Below are positions 28,778 through 38,448 of a DNA stretch of 64,000 bases, piece by piece. Numbering within the stretch: the first letter of the stretch is position 1; each line of letters starts with the position of its first letter. A program made the translations under genes and the position numbers. Origin of the DNA: Thermoplasmata archaeon (GTDB taxonomy: Archaea; Thermoplasmatota; Thermoplasmata; Lutacidiplasmatales; UBA184); contig JAKABH010000001.1 of NCBI GenBank assembly GCA_021801925.1, forward strand, positions 7,964 to 71,963, written 5' to 3'. The notes below the pieces were generated by a model. The model ran no database searches. It was not told the origin of the DNA and worked only from the letters and a program-made list of their open reading frames with translations.

Positions 28778-30544
28778 CTACGACTCCCCTCCGAGGAAGC
28801 GACGGAGCAGCGGGTTGATCTCCATCAGCTGCTCGCGGCCCATCGCCTCGTAGAGGTTGATCAGGATCCCGACCATGAGCAGCACGCCGGTGCCGCTCGC
28901 ATTGCCGAGCGTCCCGATAAGGTCGGCCCCCGCGGCGAGCGCCCCGACGGCGGCGCCGCTGATGACCGTGATGACGGGGATGTACCGCTCGAGGACCCGA
29001 CGCAGCACCCGCGGCTCGCGCCGGAATCCGGGGATCTGCATCCCGGACGCCTCGATCTGGCGGGCGACCGCCTCCGGCCCCATGTTCGTCGTCTGGATCC
29101 AGAACTTCGCGAAGAGGATCGACCCGCCGACCATGGCGCCGAAGAAGACGACGACGTGGATCAGCCCCTGCCACCAGGTGTGGTTGTACAGGAACGACGA
29201 GTACGTCTGGTAGTTGAGGATCGGGAGCAGCCACGACTCGAGGCCGTTCACCGTCGACAGGTAGTAGGCGCCGCCGGAGATCGGTTGGGTCTGGCTCACG
29301 CCGGTACTGGCGGCCGCGGCCGCGCTTGGGTAGCCGCCGACCCACCACTGGTGCCCGAGGAGGGGAAAGCGGGAGAGGGCCCCGTTCGACCAGAGCAGGA
29401 TCGTGAAGAGGGAGACGTTGGCGAGGAGCGCGCTCATCAGGATGACGGGAATGTTGGAGGCGTAGATCAGCCGGAGCGGGTAGCGGCCGCGGGCCCCCCG
29501 CGCCTCGGCGTGGGAGAGCGGCAGCTCGATGCGCGTCGATTCCGTCCAGGCGACGAGGAAGAAGATCGCGGCGGTGCCGACCAGGGCGACGATCGGGTTC
29601 GGCTGCCGCAACAGCACCTGCTCCCAGCCGCCCCCGGCCATGCTGCTCGCCGAATAGTGGGTGAGGAACCAGATCGTCTTCGGGATCGTGCCGCTCGGCG
29701 GATTGAGCGCCGAGATCGGCGACGACGGCGTGCCGGGAAGCCAGTTGAGCGTCCCCTGGACGATCTGCTGCGAGACGCCGGCCGCGATGAACAGCGAGAT
29801 CCCGCTGCCGATCCCCCACTTCGAGACGACCTCGTCCATGAGGAAGACCAGGTAGCTCCCGAAGACGAGCTGGGCGATGATGATCGTGTTCGCGAGCAGG
29901 AGCCCGTTGCCGGGGGAGGCGGCGCCGAGGGTCGTGACGAACGACGCCGAGGGCGTGACGTAGCCGAAGACCTGGGGGACCGCCTCCACCAGGATCATCG
30001 CGATGACCAGGACCTTCTGGGTCCCCTGGTACATCCCCTTGTCCTCGTCGTCGGTGAGGTCGAGGTTGATGATCTTCGCCCCGGTGAACAGCTGCATGAT
30101 GATCGACCCGGTGACGATCGGGCCGATCCCGAGATCCATGAGCGTCCCCTGGGCGCCCGCGAGGATCGCGCGGTAGCTGGCGAAGAGGTCGATGACGGTC
30201 GCCTGGTCGACGCCGAAGAGGAAGATGTTCGTGAGCAGGAAGTAGAGGAGCAGGACCCCGATCGTCCAGAACAGCTTCGTCCGGAAGTGGACGTGGCCCT
30301 TCGGCTGGGTGACCGCGGGCATGCGCGTCGTGAGCGGCTTGAGGCCGTACAGCTTGGAGCGGGAGCCGCTGTAGGAGAGGCCGAGATAGAGGACGCCGAG
30401 GACGACCGCGATCGAGGCGCCGATGACGATGAACCCGACCAGGGTCGGCGCGGTCCAGAACCAGACGACCGCGAGCAGGACCGCGCCCAGGACCGCGAGC
30501 GGGATCGCCCAGCGCGGGTCCCGTGGGATCTCCTCGTCCGCCAT
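28778..30544 (-). CDS. secY: Preprotein translocase subunit SecY
   Basis: LMDLGIGPIVTGSIIMQL, DEVVSKWGIGSGISLFIAAGV, RYPLRLIYASNIPVIL, QIPGFRR, SGTGVLL. Confidence 0.97.
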   Translation of the reverse strand: MADEEIPRDPRWAIPLAVLGAVLLAVVWFWTAPTLVGFIVIGASIAVVLGVLYLGLSYSGSRSKLYGLKPLTTRMPAVTQPKGHVHFRTKLFWTIGVLLLYFLLTNIFLFGVDQATVIDLFASYRAILAGAQGTLMDLGIGPIVTGSIIMQLFTGAKIINLDLTDDEDKGMYQGTQKVLVIAMILVEAVPQVFGYVTPSASFVTTLGAASPGNGLLLANTIIIAQLVFGSYLVFLMDEVVSKWGIGSGISLFIAAGVSQQIVQGTLNWLPGTPSSPISALNPPSGTIPKTIWFLTHYSASSMAGGGWEQVLLRQPNPIVALVGTAAIFFLVAWTESTRIELPLSHAEARGARGRYPLRLIYASNIPVILMSALLANVSLFTILLWSNGALSRFPLLGHQWWVGGYPSAAAAASTGVSQTQPISGGAYYLSTVNGLESWLLPILNYQTYSSFLYNHTWWQGLIHVVVFFGAMVGGSILFAKFWIQTTNMGPEAVARQIEASGMQIPGFRREPRVLRRVLERYIPVITVISGAAVGALAAGADLIGTLGNASGTGVLLMVGILINLYEAMGREQLMEINPLLRRFLGGES

Positions 30545-30570
30545 GTGGCCGAATTGGACCCGGTGACCGA

Positions 30571-30578
30571 TTTATATA
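30571..30578 (-). promoter_or_regulatory. Putative TATA box for secY-DUF106-cmk-cbf5 unit
   Basis: Minus-strand TATATAAA about 27 nt upstream of the secY ATG. Confidence 0.6.
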
Positions 30579-30612
30579 GTCTGCGGGCGGATTCCGACGG
30601 CGCGGGCCCCGG

Positions 30613-31050
30613 TCAGGCCGATCCGGCGCGCTCGCCCGGCGGCTCGGCCAGCACGGTCACCTTCTCCGCCGCGTGCCGGCTCGCGTGGGCGACGAAGACC
30701 CGCCAGGCGTAGGCGGTCTCGCCCCCGCCCAAGAGCCGGTCGACCCCGGCCTTCGCGAGGTCGGCGACCATCGTGTCGCCGACACGGACGACGGCGCCCG
30801 CCGCCTCGAGGGTCGGGACGAAGGCGTCGAGCTCGCCGACGTTCAGCGAGCGGGGCCGGGCGACAATGTTGGCCGGCCGCTTGAAGCCGTGCCGTCCGAA
30901 GTGGTCCGGCGCGTAGATCAGCATCGACTTGAACTTGTATTTGTGGAGCCCGGCGTTCCCGCGGCCGCCCTGCTTGCCCGCGCCGCGGCCGGCCTTGATC
31001 CCGCGGCCGTGCGTGCGCAATCCCCGGAACTTCCTCGTGCGACTCGGCAT
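30613..31050 (-). CDS. rpl15: 50S ribosomal protein L15 (uL15)
   Basis: KFRGLRTHGRG..GRGAGKQGGRGNAGLHK..HFGRHGFKRP. Confidence 0.96.
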   Translation of the reverse strand: MPSRTRKFRGLRTHGRGIKAGRGAGKQGGRGNAGLHKYKFKSMLIYAPDHFGRHGFKRPANIVARPRSLNVGELDAFVPTLEAAGAVVRVGDTMVADLAKAGVDRLLGGGETAYAWRVFVAHASRHAAEKVTVLAEPPGERAGSA

Positions 31051-31059
31051 CGACTTCCC

Positions 31060-31518
31060 TCACACCATCTTGCGGACGAGATCGTTGACCGCCTTGCCCC
31101 GGTACCCGAGGGCTCCGCCGAGGCCGAACGGACGCTTGGTCGACCGCCAGCCGCCCTTCGGCGCCTTCAGCCGGAACAGGGGGCGGATCCCGGGGACCGG
31201 GGGAAGCCCGTGCTCGACCACCGAGGTGGCGAGCTCGGTCAGGTCCTTCGCGGGAAGCTCGGTCCCGAACGCGGCGTCGGCCAAGCGACCGCCCGCGGTG
31301 GTGACGCCGCGCTCCCGGAGCAGCAGGCCGACCGTCTCGGGATCGGCCTCGCCCCAGGTGATGTACCCCTGGGTGCGGATGAGCATCCCGCGGTACTCGG
31401 GAGACTCCGGCACGACCGTGGCGTGGTTCGGCCGGGTGAGATGCAGGTAGCGGAGCGTCTCCACGATCTCGCGGTTGACGTGGACCGTCCCGCGGACGCG
31501 GACGACCATCCACGCCAT
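31060..31518 (-). CDS. rpl30: 50S ribosomal protein L30 (uL30, archaeal long form)
   Basis: VVRVRG..TLRYLHLTRPNH..YITWGE..FRLKAPKGG..GALGYRG. Confidence 0.96.
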   Translation of the reverse strand: MAWMVVRVRGTVHVNREIVETLRYLHLTRPNHATVVPESPEYRGMLIRTQGYITWGEADPETVGLLLRERGVTTAGGRLADAAFGTELPAKDLTELATSVVEHGLPPVPGIRPLFRLKAPKGGWRSTKRPFGLGGALGYRGKAVNDLVRKMV

Positions 31519-32448
31519 CTAGGCCCCTCCCGACGGGGGACCCCGTCGTCCCGGGCCGCCGCCCGCCGGCGGCGCTCCGGGGCCGCGACCCGGACCGCCG
31601 CGCCCCGGAGGTCCACCGCGCCCCGGGGGTCCGCCGCGCCCCGGGCCGCCCCGGCCCGGTCCGCCGCGCCCCGGCCCTCCGCGGCCGCGGCCACGGCCCC
31701 GGCCGCCCATCGGGCGGGCCCCTTCCTCCTTGGGGGGAAGGATCGACGTGCCGATCGGTCCGCGGACGATCTTGAGCCGCTCGGCGTCGGCCGGACGGAC
31801 CTTGAGCTCGGAGAGCGCCACCAAGGCGCCGTAGGCGGCCTGGGCGTAGTTGACGGTCGTCTTCGTGTGGCCGTCGGTGTACCCCCAGGCGTCGGTGATC
31901 CCCGCGAACCGGAGGACGGGCTTCGCCACGTCCCCGACCGCGAGCCCCACCCCGCGCGGGGCGGCGCGGAACTTCACGACGACCGAGCCGGTGTGGCCGA
32001 CGACCTCGAACGGGACGCTGTGCGGCCGCCCGCAGCCGCATTCCCAGCTGCCGCAGCCCCGCAGGACGGAGACGATCCCGAGCTTGGCGCGGTCGATCGC
32101 CCGGCGGATCGTCGGACCGACCTCGCGGCCCTTCGCCCGGCCGAGTCCGACGAAGCCGTCGCCGTTCCCGACGACGACCGTGACGGCGAACTTGAACCGG
32201 CGGCCGGAGTCGGTCATCCGCTGGACCATGTTGACGTCCAGGACCTCGTCGTGGAGACCCGGGAGGAGCTTGTCGACGATCTGCGGCTCGCGGAGCGGCA
32301 GGCCGGTGGCGAGCGCCTCGGCCATCGTCTTGATCTCGTCGGCCGCAACGCGCTTGCCGAGCTCCGTCCGCGGAACCCACGGCGGGGCGGGCGCGGCGCT
32401 GCCGAACCCTCCGGGCCCGCGGGACGGACCGGCGACCGCGCCGCTCAT
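31519..32448 (-). CDS. rps5: 30S ribosomal protein S5 (uS5) with RGG-rich C-terminal tail
   Basis: [36 protein letters not shown]. Confidence 0.96.
   Translation of the reverse strand: MSGAVAGPSRGPGGFGSAAPAPPWVPRTELGKRVAADEIKTMAEALATGLPLREPQIVDKLLPGLHDEVLDVNMVQRMTDSGRRFKFAVTVVVGNGDGFVGLGRAKGREVGPTIRRAIDRAKLGIVSVLRGCGSWECGCGRPHSVPFEVVGHTGSVVVKFRAAPRGVGLAVGDVAKPVLRFAGITDAWGYTDGHTKTTVNYAQAAYGALVALSELKVRPADAERLKIVRGPIGTSILPPKEEGARPMGGRGRGRGRGGPGRGGPGRGGPGRGGPPGRGGPPGRGGPGRGPGAPPAGGGPGRRGPPSGGA
31530..31710 (-). repeat. Low-complexity tandem repeat encoding ([11 protein letters not shown])n in the uS5 tail
   Basis: [43 protein letters not shown]; 15/18-bp degenerate DNA repeats. Confidence 0.85.
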
Positions 32449-32969
32449 GCCGCCTCCCGACGAGCGGCGAGCGACGCGAGCTGCTGCTTGTAGGCCTCGA
32501 GCGGGCGCGGAAGCGGCTTAGGCAGGTGGCTGCCGCCGAGCCGGTCCGCCGTCGGGAACCCTTCCTCCCCGTGGGGGATGTCGACCCCCGCGTCGAGAAG
32601 TCCCTTCAGCGCCGCCGACAGGCGGCCGCCGGCGGTCGGACGCCGGACGCCGAGATCGAGGACCGCCGCCTCGGTACCGGATGCCTTCGCCCGGAGCCCC
32701 GCCAGGTAGGCGGTGAGGTAGGCCGCGGGCGTCGAGGAGAGGCTCGTCGCGGGGAAGGCGATCCCCCCGAGCTCGCCGGAATCGGCCATCGCCAGGACCC
32801 GGTCGCCGGTGGGGTCGAAGTCGACGAGCGAGACCCGCACCCGGCGGGCGGAGAGACGCACGACCGCCCGCGGGCGGCCGGACTGCAACAGCTTGCGGCG
32901 GACCCGGTAATCGGTCCGGCCCTCGCGGCGGCGCCGGAAGTGGACGCGGTAGCGCGGGCCGTCGCTCAT
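32445..32969 (-). CDS. rpl18: 50S ribosomal protein L18 (uL18)
   Basis: [46 protein letters not shown]. Confidence 0.96.
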   Translation of the reverse strand: MSDGPRYRVHFRRRREGRTDYRVRRKLLQSGRPRAVVRLSARRVRVSLVDFDPTGDRVLAMADSGELGGIAFPATSLSSTPAAYLTAYLAGLRAKASGTEAAVLDLGVRRPTAGGRLSAALKGLLDAGVDIPHGEEGFPTADRLGGSHLPKPLPRPLEAYKQQLASLAARREAA

Positions 32970-33427
32970 GCCTTCGCCTCCGGTACGTGGCCGGCGAGGC
33001 GCAGGTTCTGGAGGAGGTGCGCCCGGCTGCGGAACATGCCGCCCTTGGCGCGACGGTAGAACTCGCGGTAGACCGCCGGCGGGATCTTCTTCCCGTCCCG
33101 CAGCTCGCGCAGGAGCGCCCGCTGGGCTCGGATGCGCCGCATCCACCGGTCCTTGCGGGGAAGACGGGAGGCCGGGGAGCCGCGGCGGGAGCCGGGTCCC
33201 TGGTGTCGGCCGCGGGCGACCTCGGCGGCGTGCCGCCGGGCCCGGGCCCGCGACGTCCCCTGGATCGGATGGCGGCGAATGACCCCGGCCTTGATCGCGC
33301 CCCGGACGTCGTTCCGCGTGACCGCGTCGGCGAGATCCTCCTGGCTGGTCGGATCGAGGAAGACGCGGCCCTCCCCGCACTTCAGGAGATCGGCGGCGAG
33401 GCGGCGCTGGTTCGAAAGGTCCGGCAT
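32966..33427 (-). CDS. rpl19e: 50S ribosomal protein L19e
   Basis: MPDLSNQRRLAADLLKCGEGRV, GTSRAR, GPGSRRG, WMRRIRAQR, YRRAKGG. Confidence 0.96.
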   Translation of the reverse strand: MPDLSNQRRLAADLLKCGEGRVFLDPTSQEDLADAVTRNDVRGAIKAGVIRRHPIQGTSRARARRHAAEVARGRHQGPGSRRGSPASRLPRKDRWMRRIRAQRALLRELRDGKKIPPAVYREFYRRAKGGMFRSRAHLLQNLRLAGHVPEAKA

Positions 33428-33429
33428 CG

Positions 33430-34023
33430 TCACTCCTCCCCGGCCGTCTGGATCGGGTTCAGGACCCGGACGCCCCGCTGGCGGGCGGTCTCCTCGAGAC
33501 CGAGCCGGCGTCGGGTACCGACCGTCCGCGCGATGACGGCGGCCTGGAGCTTCGGGTCGAGCGCCTCGATCTCGGCCTCGTTGTGGACGAGGACGGGTCG
33601 GTAGCCACTGGGGGCAAGCCCGCGGACCCGCGCCGGCGAACCGTAGCCGATGGAGACGATCTCGGCGCGGTAGCCGTAGTGGCGCCGCTGCTTCGACTGG
33701 AGTCCGCGGGGGCGGCGCCACGCACCGTCCCGGCCGATCCGATAGTAGCGGTTCGCGGCCTGACGCCCGAAGACGGGCCGCCGGCGTCGGATCTGCCGTC
33801 GGGTGCGCAGGAGCGTCACGACCTCCGGGGCGAGCGACGGGTGCTTCGGCGCGGCCGTCGGCGCGGCGCCCTTCGTCGCGGCCGGGGCGGCGGCAGGGGC
33901 CGGGGCCGAACCGGCGGTCGGCGCCGCCGCCGTCGGGGCGGCGCGGGCGGGCCGGCTCGAGGCGGCCGGGCGACCCCGCGGCTTCGCGGGGGCCGGTGCG
34001 GGGGTCGACGGTTCGTCGGCCAT
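33430..34023 (-). CDS. rpl32e: 50S ribosomal protein L32e with Ala/Pro-rich N-terminal extension
   Basis: WRRPRGLQSKQRR, IGYGSPARVRGLAPSG, IARTVGTRRR, VRVLN. Confidence 0.95.
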   Translation of the reverse strand: MADEPSTPAPAPAKPRGRPAASSRPARAAPTAAAPTAGSAPAPAAAPAATKGAAPTAAPKHPSLAPEVVTLLRTRRQIRRRRPVFGRQAANRYYRIGRDGAWRRPRGLQSKQRRHYGYRAEIVSIGYGSPARVRGLAPSGYRPVLVHNEAEIEALDPKLQAAVIARTVGTRRRLGLEETARQRGVRVLNPIQTAGEE

Positions 34024-34025
34024 CG

Positions 34026-34586
34026 TCAGTTCGCCTCCTTCACGTGGGCCCGCTCGACGAGATAGATCCCGTCCTGGAAGACCCGGGGATCGTAGTTGCG
34101 GATGCGCGTCGTCCGCTCGATGTTCGCCGCGCTCTGGCCGACCTGCTCGATGTCGGTGCCGGAGAGGATCACGAACTCCCCCTCGACCTGGGCCTTCGTG
34201 CCCGGCCGCAGCAGGGAGGTCCGGGGGTACTTCTCGCCGAGGAAGTTCTCGATGACGAGCGACTCGCCCTTCACGGCGACCTTCATCGGGAAGTGCGCCG
34301 CCACGACCTTCATCTTCGCCTCGACCCCGAGGGTGAGACCCCGCCCGACGTTGCGGACGTGGGCGACCCACGTCCCGAGGAGCGCCTGGGCCTCCTTCCG
34401 GTTCGGCGGCAGGCGCAGCGTGAGGGTGACGGTCGTCCCGTGCACGGCGAGGTCCAGGATGTCCCCCGGGAACGGCCGGACGACCGAGCCGAGCGGCCCC
34501 TTGGCGACGAGCTCCCGCCCGCGGACGGTGAGCGAGACCCCCTTCGGGATCGACACGGTGGCGGAACGGCGGGGTTCAGTAGACAT
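34026..34586 (-). CDS. rpl6: 50S ribosomal protein L6 (uL6)
   Basis: KGPLG, AHFPMKV, IENFLGEKYPR, DPRVFQDGIY. Confidence 0.96.
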   Translation of the reverse strand: MSTEPRRSATVSIPKGVSLTVRGRELVAKGPLGSVVRPFPGDILDLAVHGTTVTLTLRLPPNRKEAQALLGTWVAHVRNVGRGLTLGVEAKMKVVAAHFPMKVAVKGESLVIENFLGEKYPRTSLLRPGTKAQVEGEFVILSGTDIEQVGQSAANIERTTRIRNYDPRVFQDGIYLVERAHVKEAN

Positions 34587-34965
34587 AGGCGAGCAGCCGA
34601 CCCCCGATCTTCTTTTCCCGCGCCTCGAGGTGGGAGAGGACGCCCTGGTTCGTGGAGAGGACGAGCAGGCCGAAATCCTGCGCCGGCAAAAAGCGGGATT
34701 CGTACCGCTCCAGCCGGTCGTGCGCGACCGCGACGCGCGGCTTGATGACGCCGCAGGAGTTGATGCGGCGGGAGAGCACGACCTCGTAGCGGCCGCCCCG
34801 GCCGTCCGGGACGAACGTGAACTCCTGGATGTAATCGTGTTCCCGGAAAAGCCGGAGGACCTCCGCGATCAGCCGCGAGGTCGGGTGGACGGCCGCCGTC
34901 GGGTGGCCCTCCCGGTCGGCGTGGCGGATCGTGACCAGGGCGTCGTTGAGCAGATCCTGTTGCAT
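34576..34965 (-). CDS. rps8: 30S ribosomal protein S8 (uS8)
   Basis: DLLNDAL, DGRGG, INSCGVIKPR, RFLPAQDFG..STNQG..GGRLLAYVY. Confidence 0.96.
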   Translation of the reverse strand: MQQDLLNDALVTIRHADREGHPTAAVHPTSRLIAEVLRLFREHDYIQEFTFVPDGRGGRYEVVLSRRINSCGVIKPRVAVAHDRLERYESRFLPAQDFGLLVLSTNQGVLSHLEAREKKIGGRLLAYVY

Positions 34966-34978
34966 CGACCGGAACCTC

Positions 34979-35125
34979 CTACTGGTACTTCTGGAACCCG
35001 AGGTCGACCGCGACCTCGCGGAAACACTGGCGACAGAGATGGAGGCCGTAGCGCCGGACGATCCCGCGCTTGCGATCGCACCGCAGGCACCCGACCTTCC
35101 GCCCGAACTGCTTCTTCGGTTTCAT
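34979..35125 (-). CDS. rps14: 30S ribosomal protein S14 (uS14, Zn-binding); below ORF-track size cutoff
   Basis: Manual translation [48 protein letters not shown]. Confidence 0.95.
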   Translation of the reverse strand: MKPKKQFGRKVGCLRCDRKRGIVRRYGLHLCRQCFREVAVDLGFQKYQ

Positions 35126-35139
35126 CGATCCCTCCCCGC

Positions 35140-35700
35140 TCAGTCGAGCAGCGTCACCCCGAAGGTGGCGGTCAGGAACGCCCGCGTCTCCTCGCGCGTG
35201 GCGCGGAGCGCCGGCGGCAGCGGACGGGACTGCACCCGGCGTTGGCGGACGCGGAAGCCGGCGCGGCCGAGCTCGACCGCGACGTCCATGCCGTGGATGC
35301 CGATCGCCGGATCGTACTTCATCCCCTCGAAGTCGGTGTAGTCGGCGACCCCGAACGAGAAGTTCCCGTTCCGGTCGATCGACTCGCTGTCGAGCTGGCG
35401 GTCCCGGGCGTCGAACGCCCGCCGAAGAAAATCGTGGGCGACCGCGCCGCGGAGGGTCACTTTGGCGCCGATCTCCTGGCCCTTGCGGATGCCGAAATCC
35501 CGGTTCGTGGAGTGGGCCCGGGTGCTGACGGGCTTCTGGTGCGTCACCATCTGGAGGACCCGCTCGGCCTTCGTCCGGGCGTCGCCGGATTCGCCGACCC
35601 CCGCGTTCACGACGATCTTGATGACCCGGATCGCCCGCATCCCGGCGGGGAGCGTCGGCGGCGGGACGGCGGGGGCCGCGGCGGAAGCGGGGGCGCTCAT
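35140..35700 (-). CDS. rpl5: 50S ribosomal protein L5 (uL5)
   Basis: [47 protein letters not shown]. Confidence 0.96.
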   Translation of the reverse strand: MSAPASAAAPAVPPPTLPAGMRAIRVIKIVVNAGVGESGDARTKAERVLQMVTHQKPVSTRAHSTNRDFGIRKGQEIGAKVTLRGAVAHDFLRRAFDARDRQLDSESIDRNGNFSFGVADYTDFEGMKYDPAIGIHGMDVAVELGRAGFRVRQRRVQSRPLPPALRATREETRAFLTATFGVTLLD

Positions 35701-36413
35701 CGGTCGATCGCCTCCGCGATCGTCACTTCGGGGTTCTTCTGGCCGACGACGAACACGTACTCCTTCGTGGTGGAGAACCCTTCCGCGAAGTGCACGAGGT
35801 TCGGCTGCGAGGAGTTCCGGACTTCGACCCGATCGACGCGCGCCAGCTGCCCGACATGGGAGCCCCCCGCGACGAAGGCGAGCGCGCCCGGGGCGAGCTT
35901 GAGGTGGTCGACGACCTTCTGGCCGGGAACCTCGATCTTGAGCGAGTCCCCGACGCGGTAGGCGACGTTCGCCGCCACGCGCACGTTGCGGCCGTCGTGC
36001 AGCGTCACGGCGAGGCGCCCGCTCGGGAGCGAGTGCTTCCGGCGGACCTGGCCGATCTTGACGCCGGCCTCGGTGGAGGGGATGCGGACGAGCACGAGCT
36101 TCCCCCGTCCGTTCTTCACCATCCGGTAATGGGCGTCCGTCGGGGCGGCGAGCGAAAGGGTGTCCATGAGCCCGACGCCGCGGTCGAGGTCGGTGACGAT
36201 GCGGCCGTCCAGACGGACCGATCCCTGCCGCGCCAGGATCCGGGCCTCGCGGGCGCTCCGGGCGACGCCCAGCAGATCGCGCAGCACGATCTGCAGCGGC
36301 ACGGACTGCTCCTGGGGGTGAGGGCCCGGCGCCGGCCGCTTGACCCACTTCGTCCCCTTGCGGGGGATCGTCCAGGCCCGCGGCGCCGCGCCGCGCTTGA
36401 GACGGAACGTCAT
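35697..36413 (-). CDS. rps4e: 30S ribosomal protein S4e
   Basis: [43 protein letters not shown]. Confidence 0.96.
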   Translation of the reverse strand: MTFRLKRGAAPRAWTIPRKGTKWVKRPAPGPHPQEQSVPLQIVLRDLLGVARSAREARILARQGSVRLDGRIVTDLDRGVGLMDTLSLAAPTDAHYRMVKNGRGKLVLVRIPSTEAGVKIGQVRRKHSLPSGRLAVTLHDGRNVRVAANVAYRVGDSLKIEVPGQKVVDHLKLAPGALAFVAGGSHVGQLARVDRVEVRNSSQPNLVHFAEGFSTTKEYVFVVGQKNPEVTIAEAIDR

Positions 36414-37024
36414 GCCGATCCCTCCTCGGCGGGCGTCGGCCGCGTCCCCGAGCGGCCCCGCTTCGCCTTCGCCGGCGGGGGGGTCGGCTCGGCGGGCGCG
36501 GTCGGGGCATCCGCGGAATCCTCGGCGTCGGGCTCCTCCGCGTCGTCGTCGTCGTCCGCCCGATCCGGCGTCTCCGGTACGGGTGCGGCCGGGCCCGCGG
36601 GCGAGGGGAGGGCCCCGTCGGCGCCCTCGGGGGCCTCGCCCCGCTCCGCCGGCGTGAGGTCCTCCTCGCGGACCTTGAGCGCCTCGCGGCGCCAGGCGTC
36701 GGCGAGGTTGAGACGGACCAACAGGAGGTGGTTGGTGCGGATCGGCAGCGGCTTGAGCTTCTCCTCGCCGCTCTTGAGCGTCACGTTGTCGAGCGTCACG
36801 GAGTAGCCCCGGCGATCGACCTTCGCGACGCGCTCCTCCCGGCCGACGAAGCTGCCCCGCATCACGAGGACCGTGTCGCCCTTGCGGACCGGTAGCGAGC
36901 GGCGGTGGAACCGGCCGCGCAGCTCGCGGGAGAGCGGGACCGTCATCCGGCGCCGGCGGGCGAACGAGTCGGCGTCGTAGACGGCGCGGCGCTGGCGACG
37001 GGGGGAGTGGGGGGAGAGCGACAT
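36410..37024 (-). CDS. rpl24: 50S ribosomal protein L24 (uL24) with acidic/Pro-rich C-terminal extension
   Basis: PRRQRR, LSRELR, RSLPVRKGDTVLVMRGSF. Confidence 0.95.
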   Translation of the reverse strand: MSLSPHSPRRQRRAVYDADSFARRRRMTVPLSRELRGRFHRRSLPVRKGDTVLVMRGSFVGREERVAKVDRRGYSVTLDNVTLKSGEEKLKPLPIRTNHLLLVRLNLADAWRREALKVREEDLTPAERGEAPEGADGALPSPAGPAAPVPETPDRADDDDDAEEPDAEDSADAPTAPAEPTPPPAKAKRGRSGTRPTPAEEGSA

Positions 37025-37034
37025 GGACCTTCCT

Positions 37035-37433
37035 CTAGATGATGATCGACGAGGCGGCGGCGACCCGCGGCCAGCGCTCGGCGGCCTCCTTCGCCACCGG
37101 GCCCTTGATCTGGGATCCCTTGAGCTCGCCGGTCTCCGTGGTGATGACGGCGGCGTTGTCCTCGAACATCAGCCGCGTCCCGTCGGCGCGGTGGACCGGG
37201 GAGCGGGAACGTACGATGACGGCGTGCAGCACCTGGCGGCGCATCTCGGGGGTCCCCTTCTTCACGCTGACGATGACGAGGTCGGCGATCCCCGCGCGGG
37301 GGTAGCGGCGGTGGGTGCCGTGCCAGTTGCGCACGGCAATGATCTCGACGATCTTCGCGCCGGTGTTGTCGACGCAGTCGAGCCGCGCCCCCTTCGGGAG
37401 GCCGCGTCCGCGGTGGCCGGCGAGCCCCTTCAT
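37035..37433 (-). CDS. rpl14: 50S ribosomal protein L14 (uL14)
   Basis: [41 protein letters not shown]. Confidence 0.97.
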   Translation of the reverse strand: MKGLAGHRGRGLPKGARLDCVDNTGAKIVEIIAVRNWHGTHRRYPRAGIADLVIVSVKKGTPEMRRQVLHAVIVRSRSPVHRADGTRLMFEDNAAVITTETGELKGSQIKGPVAKEAAERWPRVAAASSIII

Positions 37434-37873
37434 GCCGATCCCTCCCCCGGCGTCCGCGCCGCCGGGGCGGCGTCGTCGGCGAGCGGCGACGGATCCTCGC
37501 CCACGACCTTGCGGGCCGCTTCGCCGAGATCCTCGACAATGCAGAACGACACGAGCTTCGAGAGCGGGCGGGTCTCCGCGATGCGGACGCGGTGTCCGAC
37601 CGGAATGTTGAGGCACGGCGGGGCGTGCGCCAGGTAGCGCCGGCGCCGCTTCTCGTAGCGCTCGTACTTCGGCACGAAATGGAGGAGCGTACGCTCGACG
37701 ACGGCGGTGCGCTGCATCGCCGTCGAGACGACCGTCCCCTCGAGGACCTGGCCCCGCACGGGGAGCCGGCCGTGGAACGGGCAGTGCCGGTCGTCGCAGC
37801 GCGCCTTCGGGGCCCGGACGTCGAGACCGATGTCCCGGGCGCGGCGGGCGGACGGCGTACGGGTCGGACTCAT
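37430..37873 (-). CDS. rps17: 30S ribosomal protein S17 (uS17)
   Basis: [34 protein letters not shown]. Confidence 0.96.
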   Translation of the reverse strand: MSPTRTPSARRARDIGLDVRAPKARCDDRHCPFHGRLPVRGQVLEGTVVSTAMQRTAVVERTLLHFVPKYERYEKRRRRYLAHAPPCLNIPVGHRVRIAETRPLSKLVSFCIVEDLGEAARKVVGEDPSPLADDAAPAARTPGEGSA

Positions 37874-38193
37874 CGATACCTCCGAGGACCGCCGGCGAGG
37901 AGTCGCTTCGTGCGGTCTTCCGGGCGCACGCGAAGGACCTCGCCACTTAAGGGTAACTCTCGGCCGGCGAGGGCGATCGTACCGGCGAGCCGCCGCTTCG
38001 GCACGGCGACCGGTCGCGCGCGGCCGGCGACGCGGACCCAGAGCATCGAAAGCGATTCGTCGACGATCGTGCCGGCCACGGGCTCTTGGAGGCCGGGGCC
38101 GGCGGGGATGCGGACTTCGGCGCCGAGGATCTCCCCGGCGAGGGCGGTCCGCTCCGTCGGGCGAAGCTCGAAACCGATCGCGGCGCGCGCCAT
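37870..38193 (-). CDS. rnp1: Ribonuclease P protein component 1 (Rpp29/POP4)
   Basis: [28 protein letters not shown]; conserved position between L29 and S17. Confidence 0.85.
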   Translation of the reverse strand: MARAAIGFELRPTERTALAGEILGAEVRIPAGPGLQEPVAGTIVDESLSMLWVRVAGRARPVAVPKRRLAGTIALAGRELPLSGEVLRVRPEDRTKRLLAGGPRRYR

Positions 38194-38214
38194 CGTGGTC
38201 GTGCTCCTCCCGCG

Positions 38215-38448
38215 CTAGCTCCGCGCCGCGCCGCTTCCCCGGCGGGCCGCGAGCTGGCGCTCGCTCAGCACGGTGAGCGACCGGGCGACGTTCGTCCGGA
38301 GCGCCCGCATCCGGCCGGGGCTCGGCGGCGCCCCGCCCATCGCGGCGATGCCGCGTTCGCGCAGGAGATCGTTCTCCGCGTCGGCGATGCGGCGACGCAG
38401 GTCCTCGTCCGAGAGGGCCCGCAGATCCTTCATACGGAGCAGCGTCAC
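38215..38448 (-). CDS. rpl29: 50S ribosomal protein L29 (uL29)
   Basis: LRMKDLRALS..GGAPPSPGRMRALRTNVARSLT. Confidence 0.95.
   Translation of the reverse strand: MTLLRMKDLRALSDEDLRRRIADAENDLLRERGIAAMGGAPPSPGRMRALRTNVARSLTVLSERQLAARRGSGAARS

Noticed and set aside
31530-31710. Tandem repeats as a CRISPR array
   Set aside because: In-frame coding repeats without unique spacers; no cas genes anywhere in the window
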